DNA of 64,000 bases from Botryllus schlosseri (taxonomy: Eukaryota): positions 3,782,001 through 3,846,000 of the forward strand of contig CM119386.1 of NCBI GenBank assembly GCA_051294905.1. Reading direction: 5' to 3'. The notes beneath the pieces are model-generated. The model ran no database searches and had not been told where the DNA came from. It was given only the letters and a program-made list of their open reading frames with translations. Below are positions 18,701 through 33,700 of this stretch, piece by piece. The translations under genes were made by a program, and so were the position numbers. The number at the start of each line of letters is the position of its first letter. The stretch's first letter is position 1.

Positions 18701-21700
18701 TATTGCATAAATATTGTTCCAATATATTCGTGCTCAATTCACCATATCCATTTTTTAGTTCTTGTCTGTTTTCTCAGCTCACAAGAGCTTAGCTCCAGCA
18801 ACCAATTTCGTGGTACAATTAAAATTGTAATCTCTTCGATAGCCACCCACTCTACACCCCTGTCCTACACGGTTGTGATCAGCCTACGCACCTGTAAAAG
18901 CTGCCTACAGCTCTTGTTGTCGAGATCCTGTATGCAACGTCTGGTCTCATGCAGCTGTGCGATCCGGGAGTGGTCCTGCAGATTGACGGCTTCCGCCACC
19001 AGCAACTGCAGCGACATTAGCACCTCGTCTTTGGCACTGTGATAGAAAACCAGACGTGTTCAAAGTTGTACACGCCGCTACTGTAGTAGAAATAGAAGCA
19101 ACGTCGCATATCTCTACTCAATTACAAGTAGACGTGACAAATAAAACACACATCACAACCAGTTCAAGTAGAAGAACAAAATGAAGATCTGAATAGTACC
19201 CAGGGAACCAGTTTTGAAAATAGATTTGAACACAAGGTCACACACTCTCAGCAATCATATGGTTGCTACATTTGAAATCACCAGATGCGTCCTCGCAGCA
19301 TACGCGAAATGACTGACGACACTACGAACAGCATTTTTCAAAATATATTCAGTCACCCTGATGCACTAGTGTGGAACGACGTGCAATGGAGCAGAATGGC
19401 CAAATTTCAGAACTGCATTCCACAACCGCATGCTATACACCTGTTATCTCAATTTCCCCCTGAAAGAATTACGACCTTCTAGGTGTCAGAAATCGTACCA
19501 AGCAAGCAACTTTTTTGCATTCATTGCTTCGAAACTTATTTATTTTCATCCATGATTTTGCGTTTGCCCGTATAAATGGTGCTTCGAGTGAAAAAAATTG
19601 GAAAAATATGGCATAGAAATGTAACTTTTGGAATGAATTTGATACATCCATACTTTGCTGAAATTGATTTTTTCCTATGCTCCATATATATTCTAGTTAC
19701 TGTGCGATTAACTCTTGATAAGGGCAGACTAAAAGTCTGAGTTAAAGATATAAATTATACTGCAATGAAGGTACTTCTGAAAGCAATATCCAAGTTCAGT
19801 GACGCTAGTTGCGTATGAGACGAGAGTAAAGAATTATAGATACCTGTTGAACCACGAATTTCTGCGGTTTTCCTCGAAACCAGCCCTCGCGGTAACGTCC
19901 TTCTTCAAAGGAGACGAGGCGTAACTCGCGGAGTTGGAAATCGACGTGCTGGCGGCCAGCGCGATACGCAGTTTACGCTGCGCGTCCGCAATCGCACGGG
20001 CCGACGATATCTTGTACTGCTTTTGCGACGACGCCGTCGGCGGGGCAGATTTTTTGGATTTGGCCGGTCGCGTCCACGCTTCCTCCACAATCTCGACTTT
20101 CGAAGGGCCGGCGTGGTCGTCGTGGACGGTCTTTTGTTTGCTGGCGATCGGACCGGAGGCGCTGAAAGTCAACAGGACTCGACTGTACATGCGGCATGGT
20201 GAAAAAAAACCAGAGGTGGTCAAGTAGTCATTGTAGAAGTAGAAGTAGCATCCTACATGTCCACATAAATACAAGTAGCCTACAAGTGACAATTTCCAAG
20301 AAAGTAAAAAAGCAAGTAGCCTATTCTGGGCCTAGAGCTTTGCTGAAAAACATTAAAACTGTTAGTATAGCGGAAACATTCTAAAATCATTACCGCACGA
20401 GAACGAAGTGGGAGTGGCAAAACTTACTTGAGTGCTACGAAAAAGAAGCAGTGCTTTGTTAACGACCACCTCTGAGCCACGGGACCGAGACCTCTCTTAC
20501 CCGCACTGCGCCGCGTCACAAGTTGCAGCAAGAAAACAAACGTTTGTACTTTTAGACTCGCGTTTAAAGCCAAAATTAGTATAAAACTAGCCGGAAACGA
20601 CGACTTTGCTTGTAAAAAATCCAATTTTTACACATAATTATGATTTTACGATTTAGTTTTCAAATATTCAGTGGAATAGCATATTCATATTGAAATGAAC
20701 CCGAATATTTTCGGCTGACACTCGTCAGGGGTAATCGTCAGCAACTAGTAGAGAATTGTTAAGAACATTGTATATAAACAAACGTATCACAGAATATGAC
20801 GTCACCGGCATGAAATTTCGAATCATCGGGCGGAGAGAGGGCTCAAGCTCAATGTACTATTTTTAGACGGTACACAAACTCCTGTAGGCACAAGGCTTGG
20901 TCGGCTTATTTTGATAGAAGTCGACTCCAAGGCACCCAAATAACAGTGTGAACGGCCTGTCCCGTGTTGTCGATACGATTATTCGAAATTTCATGCCGGT
21001 GACGACATATTCAATGATAGGATTGTTGATGCACAATGTTCTTTCCGATTCTCTACTAGTTGCTGACGATTACCCCTGACGAGTGTCAGCCGAAAATATT
21101 CGGGTTCATTTCAATACGAATATACTACTCAATTGTATAACGAAGTTCTGTAGCTCCAAGATGCTCTTTTCAAATATTATTGTCACCATACTCAACATGT
21201 GTTAAAATTCAATCATAAGCATCAAATCTCCAAAATAAATCCTCACACAACGGAAAATGAATGAATAATAAAAGATTCTAGAAAGTTCGAAAATAAACAA
21301 GCAGAAACAGTACCTGGAACCAAATTCGTCTCCGTTCACGTTCGGGCTGGATTGTCTCCGAACGGGCGTCAGAATTGGGGTTCTGTCGCCGAGGAACGAG
21401 TGCTCGGAGGCTTCCTCGTCAACGCTCGTTTGATGCGACGCCGCTTTTTTCATGTATTTTTCCATTATATCTTCGTCCATCAGATTCTGCGCGACATAAA
21501 AACCAAAGTGTCCATGAATGATGGCACTCGGCCAAGATTCGTTCTAATAGCAGCGTGTAATGTGCCAGGGCTCACCGACTAATATTTGCCCAGGACCAAG
21601 CGTCAGTGTTGGGAACATGACCTTACTCGAGTCGAGTGAAGTCTTCTGCTGTTTGGAGGTGACTCGACTCAAGTTAAGACGAGTTGAATTTTCGAAGTAT

Positions 21701-24700
21701 TAGGCATAATTGAATGGTCCGAAACATAGATTGAATCATCGATTATTCTAAATCGTGGAATTAATGTTGAGATAAATACATACGCGTTGTATCGCTCACG
21801 CATACGAAGAACTACTAAACCACGTAACCACATTTTTTCATCACCATCATCATTGGTTTATTAGCAATTTTATCAGTTCAATACACCACAAAAATGCGAT
21901 ACAATGAAAAGACAGGAAGATGTCGAAGCGACAAGGAGTAGTCTATGGGATCAGACACCCACCTTGGCCTAGGCGATGTAAAGAGGAGGCATGCACACTG
22001 AATGAAAGTAAAGAAGATAGTATAGAAAAAGAATGCGACAAGAAATAGGGCGGCATGTCATAACCTCAATTTATGTACTTGTCAGTCAAAATGGAGGATA
22101 GAATACAAAACGTCATAAAGGCGTAAACCTGCCTACACATTCATGGGGTACAAATCAGGTCGGCTAAAATTGTTGAAGAGTGTTATACGTAAAAGCTATA
22201 TTCATTCGCAGTGAATCATACAAGAGGCTTGGTTGTTTACGGTGGGCACTGCGAGCAGTCTATGGAACATAGATACATTGCTATTAGATCACTGTAGTAG
22301 GAGTACTGCTAGTTTACAATAACGTACATTGTAAGCCTTGATCACTTCGTTTCAGGTCAATTTACTCATGCGATAACAGTGGAGGCTCAGTAAAACGTGG
22401 AATGACAGGCACAGGTAACACCAGCATATTGCGAACAATCGGAACATTCACAAGAAACAGCAATTTACTCGGACACCAAATTGAGCTTAAATGAAAAATG
22501 CAGTAAAGGGTATCACCATCAACATGACCAAAATGGTCTTCAGGCTTGACGGAATGTGACCACCAACAGAATTGCATTCATGGTGCTTACAGTGTTGGGC
22601 GCCATAAACAATTATTCCCTTTTCAGAGGGCGCAACGAGGTCAAAACGGTTGCACTTTGCACCATTTCAACTCGAGCCGCATCAGCGACAAGGGCCCACC
22701 ACTCTGTACAGAATACTCACCATGTTTGGTAGCGGCGAATTCTCTCCTGATTCCGAAGCTCTCGGTCCGCCATCTGTGACGTCGGCTGAACCGGAAGGAT
22801 TTGGCTACCAAGAGATAACACACACTTTGATTCATAGATAAAATGTTTGCTTTCAAAATCACATGGCGTCTGCATACTTTTCTAAACTAGAGTCACAAGT
22901 CAATCTCATTTTTATAGTTTTGACTCGAGTCAAGTCGAGTTATTTTCAATTCACCACCGAGTCAAGTCCGAGTCAGCTAGTAGAGGGTTAAGTCCAAGTC
23001 ATAATGTTCAGTTTTCAGTTCAGTCCAGCTCAATCCACTTTTACAACTCTGCTGGAGTGATATAGAACGGCTTGCATTCAAAATATAGTAATTTTCCTCA
23101 GTTTTAACAGTTTCTGGCCCTATTTTCCAAGTATAAGGACTGATATTATACGACATACCGACAATGTGGTAACTTTACTATTCTTCGAAGTTACAATGAA
23201 ATGTCTGTCTTTGCCGTCCTACTCTCGAGTCATATGACTTGGTTCGAGTCGAGTCAATACAAAAATTGACTAGAGTCAAGTCGAGTCATCAAAAAACCAT
23301 GACTCAAGTCGAGTCACAACTTGAGTCATTACAACCCTGCTTTATTACCGCCGTCGGAGCCTTGAAACCTCGGTTAGCCCTATTTGAGCAGCAGAAAACA
23401 CGTTGCACAATCTTACGAACATTCATGAATGAGCATTTGTGTCAAGTATTGATCAAATGTCACAATGGTCTCAAAGCGATACCAAATAGTTATTGCATAG
23501 AAAAACCGAATTATTTTAGCAGTATTTTCCTTGTGGCCACAAAAAAGATACGTATTTGAAGTCTAAATGTCATTGTTACTGTTATGACATGATAATAGGC
23601 GGTACTCTGTTTCTCCTCAATTTTCCCAAGTCTATTTTATCACCACCCTGGCATTCAATTTCAAGACATTATTCATTCCTTCCAGGTTCTAAGGACTACC
23701 TGAGGTCTCGCGATGCCGTTGGGCAGTTTCTTTTTGGCGGAAAGCGCCGAGAACCCGATTCTGGACGGTTTCCACCACGATTTCTTCCGCTCCACGTTTT
23801 TAACGCCCTTGTCCGCGCTTTGCCTTTTCGCGGTTTTCTTCCCGCTGTCGCTCGGCGCGTCGGGCGAACTAGCAGCGGCGGACTCCTTATCGACTGCAAG
23901 CAAGTAAATGATGAAAAACTCAAGTAATAAAAAAAATTAATAAAATTTTCAAATATAAATGAGAATAAAAATGAACATATTCATTTAGCAATAAGCCCAA
24001 ATATTTCCGGCTGACACTCGTCAGGGGTGATCGTCAGCAGCTAGTAGAGATTTCAAAAATAGCGACAGTTTCAGATAGATAACAACCCGTCTCCGTGCAT
24101 CGAAAGAAGTTCGTGTAGGCCAATATCGAAACATAGCACGTTGAATCTAAGCAATCTGTCTGCCTCGATTATTCGAATTTTCATGCCGGTGACGTCATAT
24201 TTGGTGATACGATTATTGACATGCAATGTTCTTTCCGATTCTCTACTAGTTGCAGACAATTAACCCTGACGAGTGTCAGCCGAAAACATTCGGCATCGTT
24301 TCAATATGAATAGGCCTATACAATTCAATTGTACATCGAAGCTTATCAACTCGGTAAAAAAAATCAAAACTATAAATAAATACCTCTAGTCTAGGTAGCT
24401 GTAGCGAAAGAATCAGAAGTGCAAAAAATATGGCAAAAATTTAAAATAATAAAAGAATAAACACCTTGAGTCTCGGTAGACGTTGTTGAAGAATTCCGCG
24501 CCGTGGAACCCGAGTTATCATTCGACGACTCCCCAAACGACATCAGCCCATCGTCGTCATCAACAACGCCGGGTGTCGGCGTCGAAAACGCGTCCCCGTC
24601 CTCCACCGGCACCCTGCCACCGTGCTGATGCGGGCTACGCTTGATCGTATTTGTATCATCCGAATACGACGCCGGGTCAAAGCTCAACCCGGACAGGTCT

Positions 24701-27700
24701 GGGTTGATATCGTCGAGAGAGTAGTCCGACACGTCGGCGGCCGCCGGTTTAAACCCGTCCTCTCGTTCCAGACCCGCCAAATCACCCGCGCCCTGGGACA
24801 GTACCGCCGCGTTTGCCGCATGATAATTTCTAGTCGCCTTGTCCCGGCGGTTCAGTCCAAACGGGTCAATGACAGACGCGTTCGCGACCCTGGGTTGGGG
24901 TTGCAATATGTCTGCGGACGTTACGGACGTGGTCATACCTACGACCGACACCAGACTGGGTCCGCCCGCCCCCGCCGTGATCGGGAACTGGTTGACGAGC
25001 ATGTCGTCTGCGTCGGGCGAGATGCTGCTCGGGGCTTTGCCGTAACTGCGTTCCGAGCTGGAGCCGTGTTCGTCAGCTGAATTGGGTAATGGAAAAAATG
25101 AGTGATTTCCTCGATTTACCCTGTCGAGAATGCATCTGAATCAACATACGAGTATTATTTGTTATGACTAGAGTCCGAGCAGTGAGAGATGCTGTTTTTG
25201 AGTATTGAAATGATACGATCCTCGACACTAAGATATTATTTACCAACGAACACTCTAGTTTCAATTCAATAGACTAGATTTAGAAAGCCACATCTGCACC
25301 TACCTTGTCCAGCGCCATATGCACATCATGCACTCATGATACGTATACAGTACACACAGATCGTGTGCATGTATATCACGAGTCTGTGTATATGCCGCAA
25401 AAACATCAAGGACAAAAATATACCACGTCATATTCCTAACACTATTTTCCACTGTAGAAGCCTTGGCTGCCAACACAAGAAAATTCCATGGCGGGCCAAC
25501 AGCCTTGCACTCAAAATATTTGGATGGTGCTGGCACAACGGATAAGCGCTTTGTTTGGCTAATATGTTCAGTAGGGCTGTTCAAAAATAACTTTTTTTCC
25601 TGAATCTTACGGGTTACGTGATTAAATCGTTAGGTTGCCTTAAAAAACGACGCACACCAAAGTTGAATTCATTCCAACCAATATTCGCGGATTTCGTAGA
25701 GTTTGAAAATTTCGAATTTGCCTATGAATGCAAAAAAAAAATATTTTCAAATTTTTCTTCCAACCCCATAAAATTGTTGCGCTGTCTTTCTTATCCTTGA
25801 TTGGGGGATAATCCCAGAATTGTCATCGAAAAACTCAAATAAGTCCGCTTCTACGGCTTGGAATTTAGTCAAATTTGTTTTGCATCGTTATTGAAGACAG
25901 CGCAACAATTTTATGGGGTTGGAAGAAAAATTTGAAAATTTTTTTTTTGCATTCATAGGCAAATTCGAAATTTTCAAACTCTACGAAATCCGCGAATATT
26001 GGTTGGAATGAATTCAAATTGGGTGTGCGTCGTTTTTTAAGGCAACCTAACGATTTAATCACGTAACCCGCAAGATTCAGGAAAAAAAAGTTATTTTTGA
26101 ACAGCCCTAATGTTCAGGAACAGAACAAAAGTAAAAATCTCCTGTTAATTCGGACGATTCTCAGTTTGGTTCAGACACTGGTTTCAATTCTTATCGTTGG
26201 GTTAACACACAATAAAGAGTACTTGTTCCTTTAATACAAAAGCAGTGATTAAGGTGAAACAATATGTGTGTGTTACACCGTAAAAAAGTAACCTGAAGGT
26301 ATAATTCTTGAGAATTTATGCGATCAGTGTCGACTGCTGAAGTATAGCGTAGCTGCAATTCATTTATAAGCAATAGTACAGCATTTTTAATGTGTTGTCT
26401 GCCTTTACGCATGACCAGACCGTGTTATTTTTGGCATTTCAGGAGCCAGATGCCAAAACTGCCAGAAATAAAAATTTGAAAATGCCAAAAATAAGCAAGT
26501 TTTGGCATATGCCAAAAATAACCCGTCCTGCCAAATAGTGTATTTCGTTCATGGTGTTGTGTTAACAGGACCGCGTTACGAGCGAGAAGAGCGTTTGTGA
26601 AAGGCGGGTTTCTTAATCTGGGTCCAGCCCAACCATTAGGGATGAAAGCATGGTGTCCTAAATGGTGTGGGCACAGCGAGATTGAACGGCTGACTGCATT
26701 TGGTTTACGTCATACTTTCCATTTGTCCAAAGGCAATTTTACGACCATTTTTGACCGGCTTGTCGAGCGCTAAATTTGATAAAACGGGTATCAATGAGAA
26801 GCTGCCGCAGTACTGATTGTTAAAATATAAATTATATTCTGCTCATGGAACTGGAACCCCCAAAATCAACCACGATTTTTGCATTGTGATCGAGTTGAAC
26901 ATTGTGACGCAAGAAACTGTCTGGCTATTTCTGAGCTGCATAGTCTCGTTTTGCCAGACAGTCTTGTTGCGTCAATGTTCTTAAACAAGCTAACCTTCCC
27001 AGGACTCTTCCATCCGAGTTGGTAATAATAAAACCACCTGAAGTGACAAAAGTCCTCCGAAAATATGTCGGTACACTGAAGGAGAAATGATAGTCGGGCT
27101 ACTAAATAGAATGTGTTGAGAGACAACACAGGAAACTCCTGGAAAAGGATCGGAAAGAAAATTCCTTCCGCGATGAGATCGATGGCACTGGCGAAGTGAT
27201 CTCTTTTCATGATGCATGGAAGCCGGTTCGGCCCTCCAAAGATTTTGAAGCTCTGAAAACCTTTTGTGGATGACTGGCAACATTCTTTCCCTCAACGGTT
27301 ACTGTTGAAGCCGATATTTCCCAGATTCGCTGGGCGAGAAATGAATTTAGGAGAAACTTAACTGACCTGAGTTTGTAAGCACTGTTACAGTGCAAACGAT
27401 TTAAGTCTATTCAACAGCTATAACAATCAGCTGTTGAGCGTGTTTGTTAGGCTTTTCTTTTTTTTTTGCTTATTGGCACCGATTCCAATGGATACTGCAC
27501 ATTTTGTGGTTTCGTTTGATAATATTAATCTATGAAATCGTTAGGTTTTTTCTTCTTCTTATTGTTTGTTGGCACTGATTATACGTGGATGCTGCACATT
27601 TTGTGGTGTCTTTTGACAAACTAGCCCAAATAAAGCGTTTTTGTGGCTAATTCGAGGCTGAAACTATCTATTTAGAGGACGATGCCAAAACTGCCAAAAA

Positions 27701-30700
27701 TAAAAATCGAAAAATGCCAAAAATAAGTTATTTTTGGCAGTTTTGGCATATGCCAAAAATAACACGGCCTGCGCATGACCGTGAAACAAACTATTGATTT
27801 CTCCGTATTCTCCACTGATTTCGGCTAAATGTGAGCGGCCCCTAGTCGACCGTATCAAGTCTACTCATCTCTGGTCTAAGTCATGGAATGTTCAAGAACC
27901 AATCACTACACTAGAAGAGATACAAATCAAAGGTTTAAATCAATCATGACTTGACCTCGCGATGCAGCACAACAGTAAATACAACTTCATCAATTAGACA
28001 AGGCCAAAATGACGGCATACTACCAAAAAGCAAGCATGCAACCGTGCAATATTACATTCTTTACCTTTGGCATGTAGCACGTCCGACACCAGGCTCATAC
28101 CGGAAGCGCCGCTGACTCCGGATATTGCGCTGATGCTGGGAGTGCTGGCCCTGGACCTGTTGTCCTCCGCCGTGTCGTCATTACCCTGTAAAAAAATCAA
28201 GCGAAATAGTGCTACGAGAGACCAGACGAGAAGAATTTGGAGTCAATACCAATATTAGGTGTTTTCGCCGAAAACCCCTTATTTTCTGCCGATATCAAAA
28301 TTTGATATCTCATACAAACTTCATTTATTTACGATAAAATTCCAGCATCGGTGAACCTTCAAGAATCAAATTTGATCCAAAATGTTATTAACACAAATGC
28401 ATCTCAAAATCAAGTTAAAATTTGATGCTTGGCTCCTTCAATCAATGGAAGAGCGTCCAGCTTCTTGCATTTTGCAACCAAAATATATGTATCATCTAAA
28501 AATAGTACATTGAACGCTCTCGTATTCGACATTTCGTGCTGGTGACGTCATATTTTGTGTTGCGATTGTTGATATACGCTATTCTTTCGAATTCTCTACT
28601 AGTTGCTGACGATTACCCCTGACGAGTGTCAGCCGGAAATATTCGGGTTCATTTTAATATGAATATACTATTCAATTGTATATTGAAGTTCTGTACCTCA
28701 AAGAAGCTGTTCAAACATAAGATTGTAAAATATTTAGCAGACCGGCAGGAAAGTTGACATCGACCATTACCGGTCCAGGGACAGGCTGTTGAGAACCATT
28801 GATCTACCAAGTCGGTGACAAACAAAAGTTGTCCTCACCACGGTGGATTCAGACTCCAACTCCTGCAGCCTGTCTTCGGGCTTTACGTCGGGCGGCTCGC
28901 TGTCGCTGGGCAAGACTTCAACGCTCCAAACGTCGCTTCTGGAATCCTCGTCCCGGGGCAACAGCGACAAGTAATTGGGGTGGTTGGCGGGTCTGAAACA
29001 AGATCGACACGTGTACGAAAACCAGGCAGGCCCGGTCCCGCAGCAACCACAAGTCCACATGCCCGCCAAATGGCCTGCGATGGCTGTATTATTGATGGAA
29101 ATTCAACGTGGAAGGCACACAAATTTCAACTGCAAAATTGAATATCGTCCGACAAATGTCTCCGAACACTTAATAATCGGTAAAATCAAGTTTTCGTTTA
29201 AGCGAGGTGACTTCAATTCGAATTCGAAAACTGTTTCATCATCAGAATACCAGGGTTGATGACAAGGGTGAAAGATTTTAGCGAAAGAGATTCCATTCAT
29301 TCATTCCAAACTAGCGGTTCCCACTTACCCACACAACAGAACACCAATATCACAATTGTTAGGCAACTAATTTTATTCAGTGCAACTAAAACTAGAACTT
29401 TTCAAAATTAGTAACTAGAACTGGAACTTCAAAAAATCAGTAGTTAATTGATCGTCAACTAACGAGATTGGGACTTTGTACAAGTCTGGCAATTAGCTGA
29501 TCAGAACAGCTCAGCTCTACATTGTGTACCAGGGTCTGGGAGCGTTAACGCCTGTCGATGTTCAAATATTCCAATATTTATTCCCAATAAACGCCAACAA
29601 CTATTTAGTTACAGCGTTTCAGATTCAGACCATTTCTCGGACAGACCCCGACAACCGGCACGCCACAAAACAGTTTAATCTCACCTCGAGGCCTGCGGCG
29701 GATTATCTCCAGCCTCGGGAAGCCGGCCCAGCTGCGGCTCCGGGCGTTCGCTGGCGGTCTCCGAATCGGAGGCGTAAACGTCGGTGCTCCACGTCTCGCT
29801 GCGGTTGTCGTTGTAATTGGACTGGCCCTGACCCGACTCGGGGCCGTCTTCCTCTTGCAGGCCCGCAATGACGGCCCCGCCAAAACGCACGCTGACCGGG
29901 CCGGATCGGATTTCAAATTTTCTCATTTTGTCTTCGATGCTTTCTCTGTCGAAAGAACAGAAAACCGCTCAATACTCAAAAGACACATGCTCAATTGTTG
30001 AATACATGGTCTATGGACATTAGACATATGAGCAAGCGACACTTGGGCAATGGGCATGCAACATTTGAGTATTGAGTACATGCGTTGAGGTTGTGGTTGG
30101 CTTGCTTAGGGTTAGTGCAAGGGTGACATAGTACTTCTATTTTTTCAGATTGCTCAGGTAGGTTTTGCTTATGCTTGGCAGTGACATTCGGACAAAAATA
30201 TTCGAGCCAGAGGCTGTTGATTATGATGTTAGACTGTTTTCGCTACCACCAGGCAGTTTTTAACCTAAAACCCTTCAATTCTACACTTTTAATTTAGCAA
30301 AGTGCAAAGTAGTTTGGGGGTTTGTTTGCATCACCGCCATGCGTGAAAATGTCTTAACGACCGGGCCAATTAGCCCCTGTATCACGATAACTGCTTTATT
30401 AAAAAATCCTCGTAATTGCACCAGGGTTGTAACGACTCGAGTCACGATTTTTTGGTGACTTGACCTGAGTCATATTTTCAAATGCGTAAAATGACTCGAC
30501 TCGAGTCAATTTGCGTCTTGACTCGACTTGTACTCGAGTCATTTTGCAAGTCATATGACTAGAGACTAGGACGGCCAGGACAGACGTTCTAACTTCGAAG
30601 AATAGTAAAGTTGCCACATTATTGGTATTTCATCTATTAGTCTTGATACTTGGAAAATGGAGCCAGAAACTGTTAAGACTGAGGAAAAATACGATATTAT

Positions 30701-33700
30701 GAATGCGAGCCATTCTATATCACTCGAGCAGAGTTGAAAAAGTGGGTTGAACAGGACTGAACTCAAAACTGAACAGTCACCACAATGACTTGGACTCGGA
30801 CTCCACCCCCTACTCGGTGACTTGGACTTGACTCGGCGGTGACTTGAAAACGACTCGACTCGAGTCAAAACTATAAAAGTGAGATTGACTTGTGACTCGA
30901 AACCTTGCGACTTGGTTACAACCCCGACTTTGATAACCTTTTACGTGTAAGGTTGACTAGAACCCAGAGTTATTATTTACACTTCAAGCAAGCACTACCG
31001 TTGCCGAAACAACTACAATTACCTCGACTTGGGCAGTTTTTGCTCCAAGGCCCTCAGCGCCTCGTCGTTGTTGGCGTTAGGCACGCTCTCCATGTCCCCC
31101 TCGTTTTCCAAGTCCTCGTCCTGGTTTCCGTGCGAGCTCGTGCCCCGGAAGCTGCTGGCGTCGTCAGCGCGTACGCTCCCGGATGGGTCGATATCGTCCA
31201 ACGACGACCCCGTCGTACTGGACAGCTCCTCGCCCATGTCGCTGAGATCTATAACCGTACGTGATATGACTAGTGTACATTCTTATCCGTAACAAGACGA
31301 ATTCCCTGTGAACTGTCAAAATTTATGGTGTCTCGCGTGATCATGATCAGCAACCTTGTTCTCCACAATACTATGGGGTCGGAGATCGTAAAAATGCTAG
31401 TGACACTGACTCCTACATCCATAAAACAGCAGAATGCTCTCCAATGTCATTAGAAGCGCCAATTGTAAAGAAATTTAGATAGGTTAATTATATGCAAAGA
31501 AGTTCGTTTGCACTGCTGAAACACCAGTGAAATATTTTCACCACTATTATTACCATTATGGAAAAAAGTACATGTAAATTTAGGATCAGCCTTTAGAGTA
31601 TGAAGAGCTGGAGCTGAAATTCTCACGACCATACAAGCAAAAGTACTAATTGTAAAAAAATACTACAGTACTTCAGGTGAATTGTATTGAAATGGGTAGG
31701 ACAACCAAAATTTTATCAGTAAAGTTAACAAACAAAGTACGTAAACATTTTGCAATAACAGCGGCATATCAACAGTTAATATGATCACATTCAGTCAATG
31801 TTGAACTGGAGTCAGAGTTTTGTGAAGACAAAAAGAATCGTCATAAGGTTTTAGAGCTGTGAAAAGTGAGTCAACTCCACAGCCCTGGTTTGACAAAAGA
31901 AAGAATTTTCGAAGTGCTCCATATATTTATCAGAATGACGCCGTCAGTAACTCCACTGGAAATTGAGCAACAAGCCGCCCAGCCCGTAACCACTAACCAG
32001 ACTAAGAACACTCGCCAGGGTCTCCCAGCGTAACGAAGACAGGCAAATTACATACAAGGCTCGGTACCAAAACCATGTATCTTACATGCAGATTTTTCAG
32101 AGTGAGTACCCGTCGAGCAGTGGGAGTATCGTGGAGGGTCGTCGTGAGAGCCGGGGCCGTTGCGCGACCCAGAGTCGGGGAGGATTGCCCCCTTGTCTGA
32201 TGACGCCTCCAATTCCAAAACCTGAAAAAAGTGAATTACCACAGTGATGTCATAAGCTCACCTTGGACTCGATGGGAAACCTCATGCCGTATATCGTTCT
32301 CATTGGGCCGTCAAACTAGGTAGCGATCGACAGAGTACATAGCTCAGTAATTCTAGTTTTTAAGAGTACTCAAGGTTTCGCCTACATTTACTGCTTCCTC
32401 AATTGGTTGTTTCCAGACTTCTACTTCTACACAATAGAGAAGCAAAATAACTTGCATTGAAAACTGTGGCTTCTGTAAATTACTAAGTAGTTTATGGGTT
32501 GGTTTGCATCACTTTTTGCATGTGAAATTATCAAAACAACTGTGCAAAATAGCCCGTATGGTAACAGAATTCGTAGCGTCACCAATAAATTTGTCGCGAA
32601 GGTGCAACTTACACTCTCTATAGAGTAGGCTAGCCGTCTCTGAGTTGCTAGCTAAAAAGAGGAATTAGATGCAAATTCATCACAGCACCACTTGCCATCA
32701 AGCACGTCTGGTAAAGTAGCGACAGTCTGACAACAGCAGCTCGAGTAAATGGTGCGAGAAGCCTAAGGCGACTCTCAAAAAGGCGTAGGTACTTTTCTAC
32801 TGGCCACTGATGATCACAATTTGCAGATAGGACGCATAACTTACCTCGGTTTCTGATAACATTCCAGGCAGCTCGAAAGACCCTGACTCCGTGGACGAGA
32901 TAACAAGAACGGTATCCGGTGGCAGAGTTTGCGAAGGTGACTTTGCCATATCGGCCAGCGAATCTATCGATGTTACACATATCAATTACATTTCGTATGA
33001 CACCCACCACAAATCAAAGACCCAATGCTTGACTAGTGGCATACACATACAGAATATATTACATGTGTCAGAGATAAGTGCTTTTCACTACGGTATCGAG
33101 ATCATAATAGCAAATTCATTTCATATCGCAGCCGTATCCAAGTCCAAGTCCGGTATCAACTTAAAACTTTGATCCTAAGTCACGTTACAATCCACAATGA
33201 ACTGAAATTATGTGTTAATAAAGTCCGAATCGAAATCCGGTTCATGAAAAGAATGGCGCATCCAAATCCAAATATCTTTTTGTTTTGAATCGAAATCCAC
33301 GTTCATCTATCAAACATATCGAGGTATCAAAAGAGAACTAATATTTTCGATAAGACAGTCCGCGTTAAATTGACGCATACGCAATAGCCTTTATTCAATC
33401 CACGATTCAATGCCAAATGAAACTCTACTGTGAGACATCACACCTATGTTGAACCCAAAAATCTCGCCATACCTCCTGAACCCGCACTTCTCGCTGAAGT
33501 TAATGACGAAAGTCCAGTCGACGAATCGTCTCGCACCATTCCCGGCGACGCTCTCACGGTTTTTCCGCGGCCTGCAAAATTATGAATATTTCAACTCCAG
33601 TATCGCGAGCGCTATAAAACCAAACCGATACTAACTTTTTGAGAACAGCTTTTTCGAAGCGCCTTCGTTGCCGGGCCGGTCTACCGCGAAAGGAGGCCCG

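Noticed and set aside
21845-22061. Shared 5' end with the 50.7-kb copy, suggesting a LINE-tailed SINE
   Set aside because: The 50.7-kb copy continues to about 51075 into ORF2 sequence, so the 22-kb copy is simply 5'-truncated.
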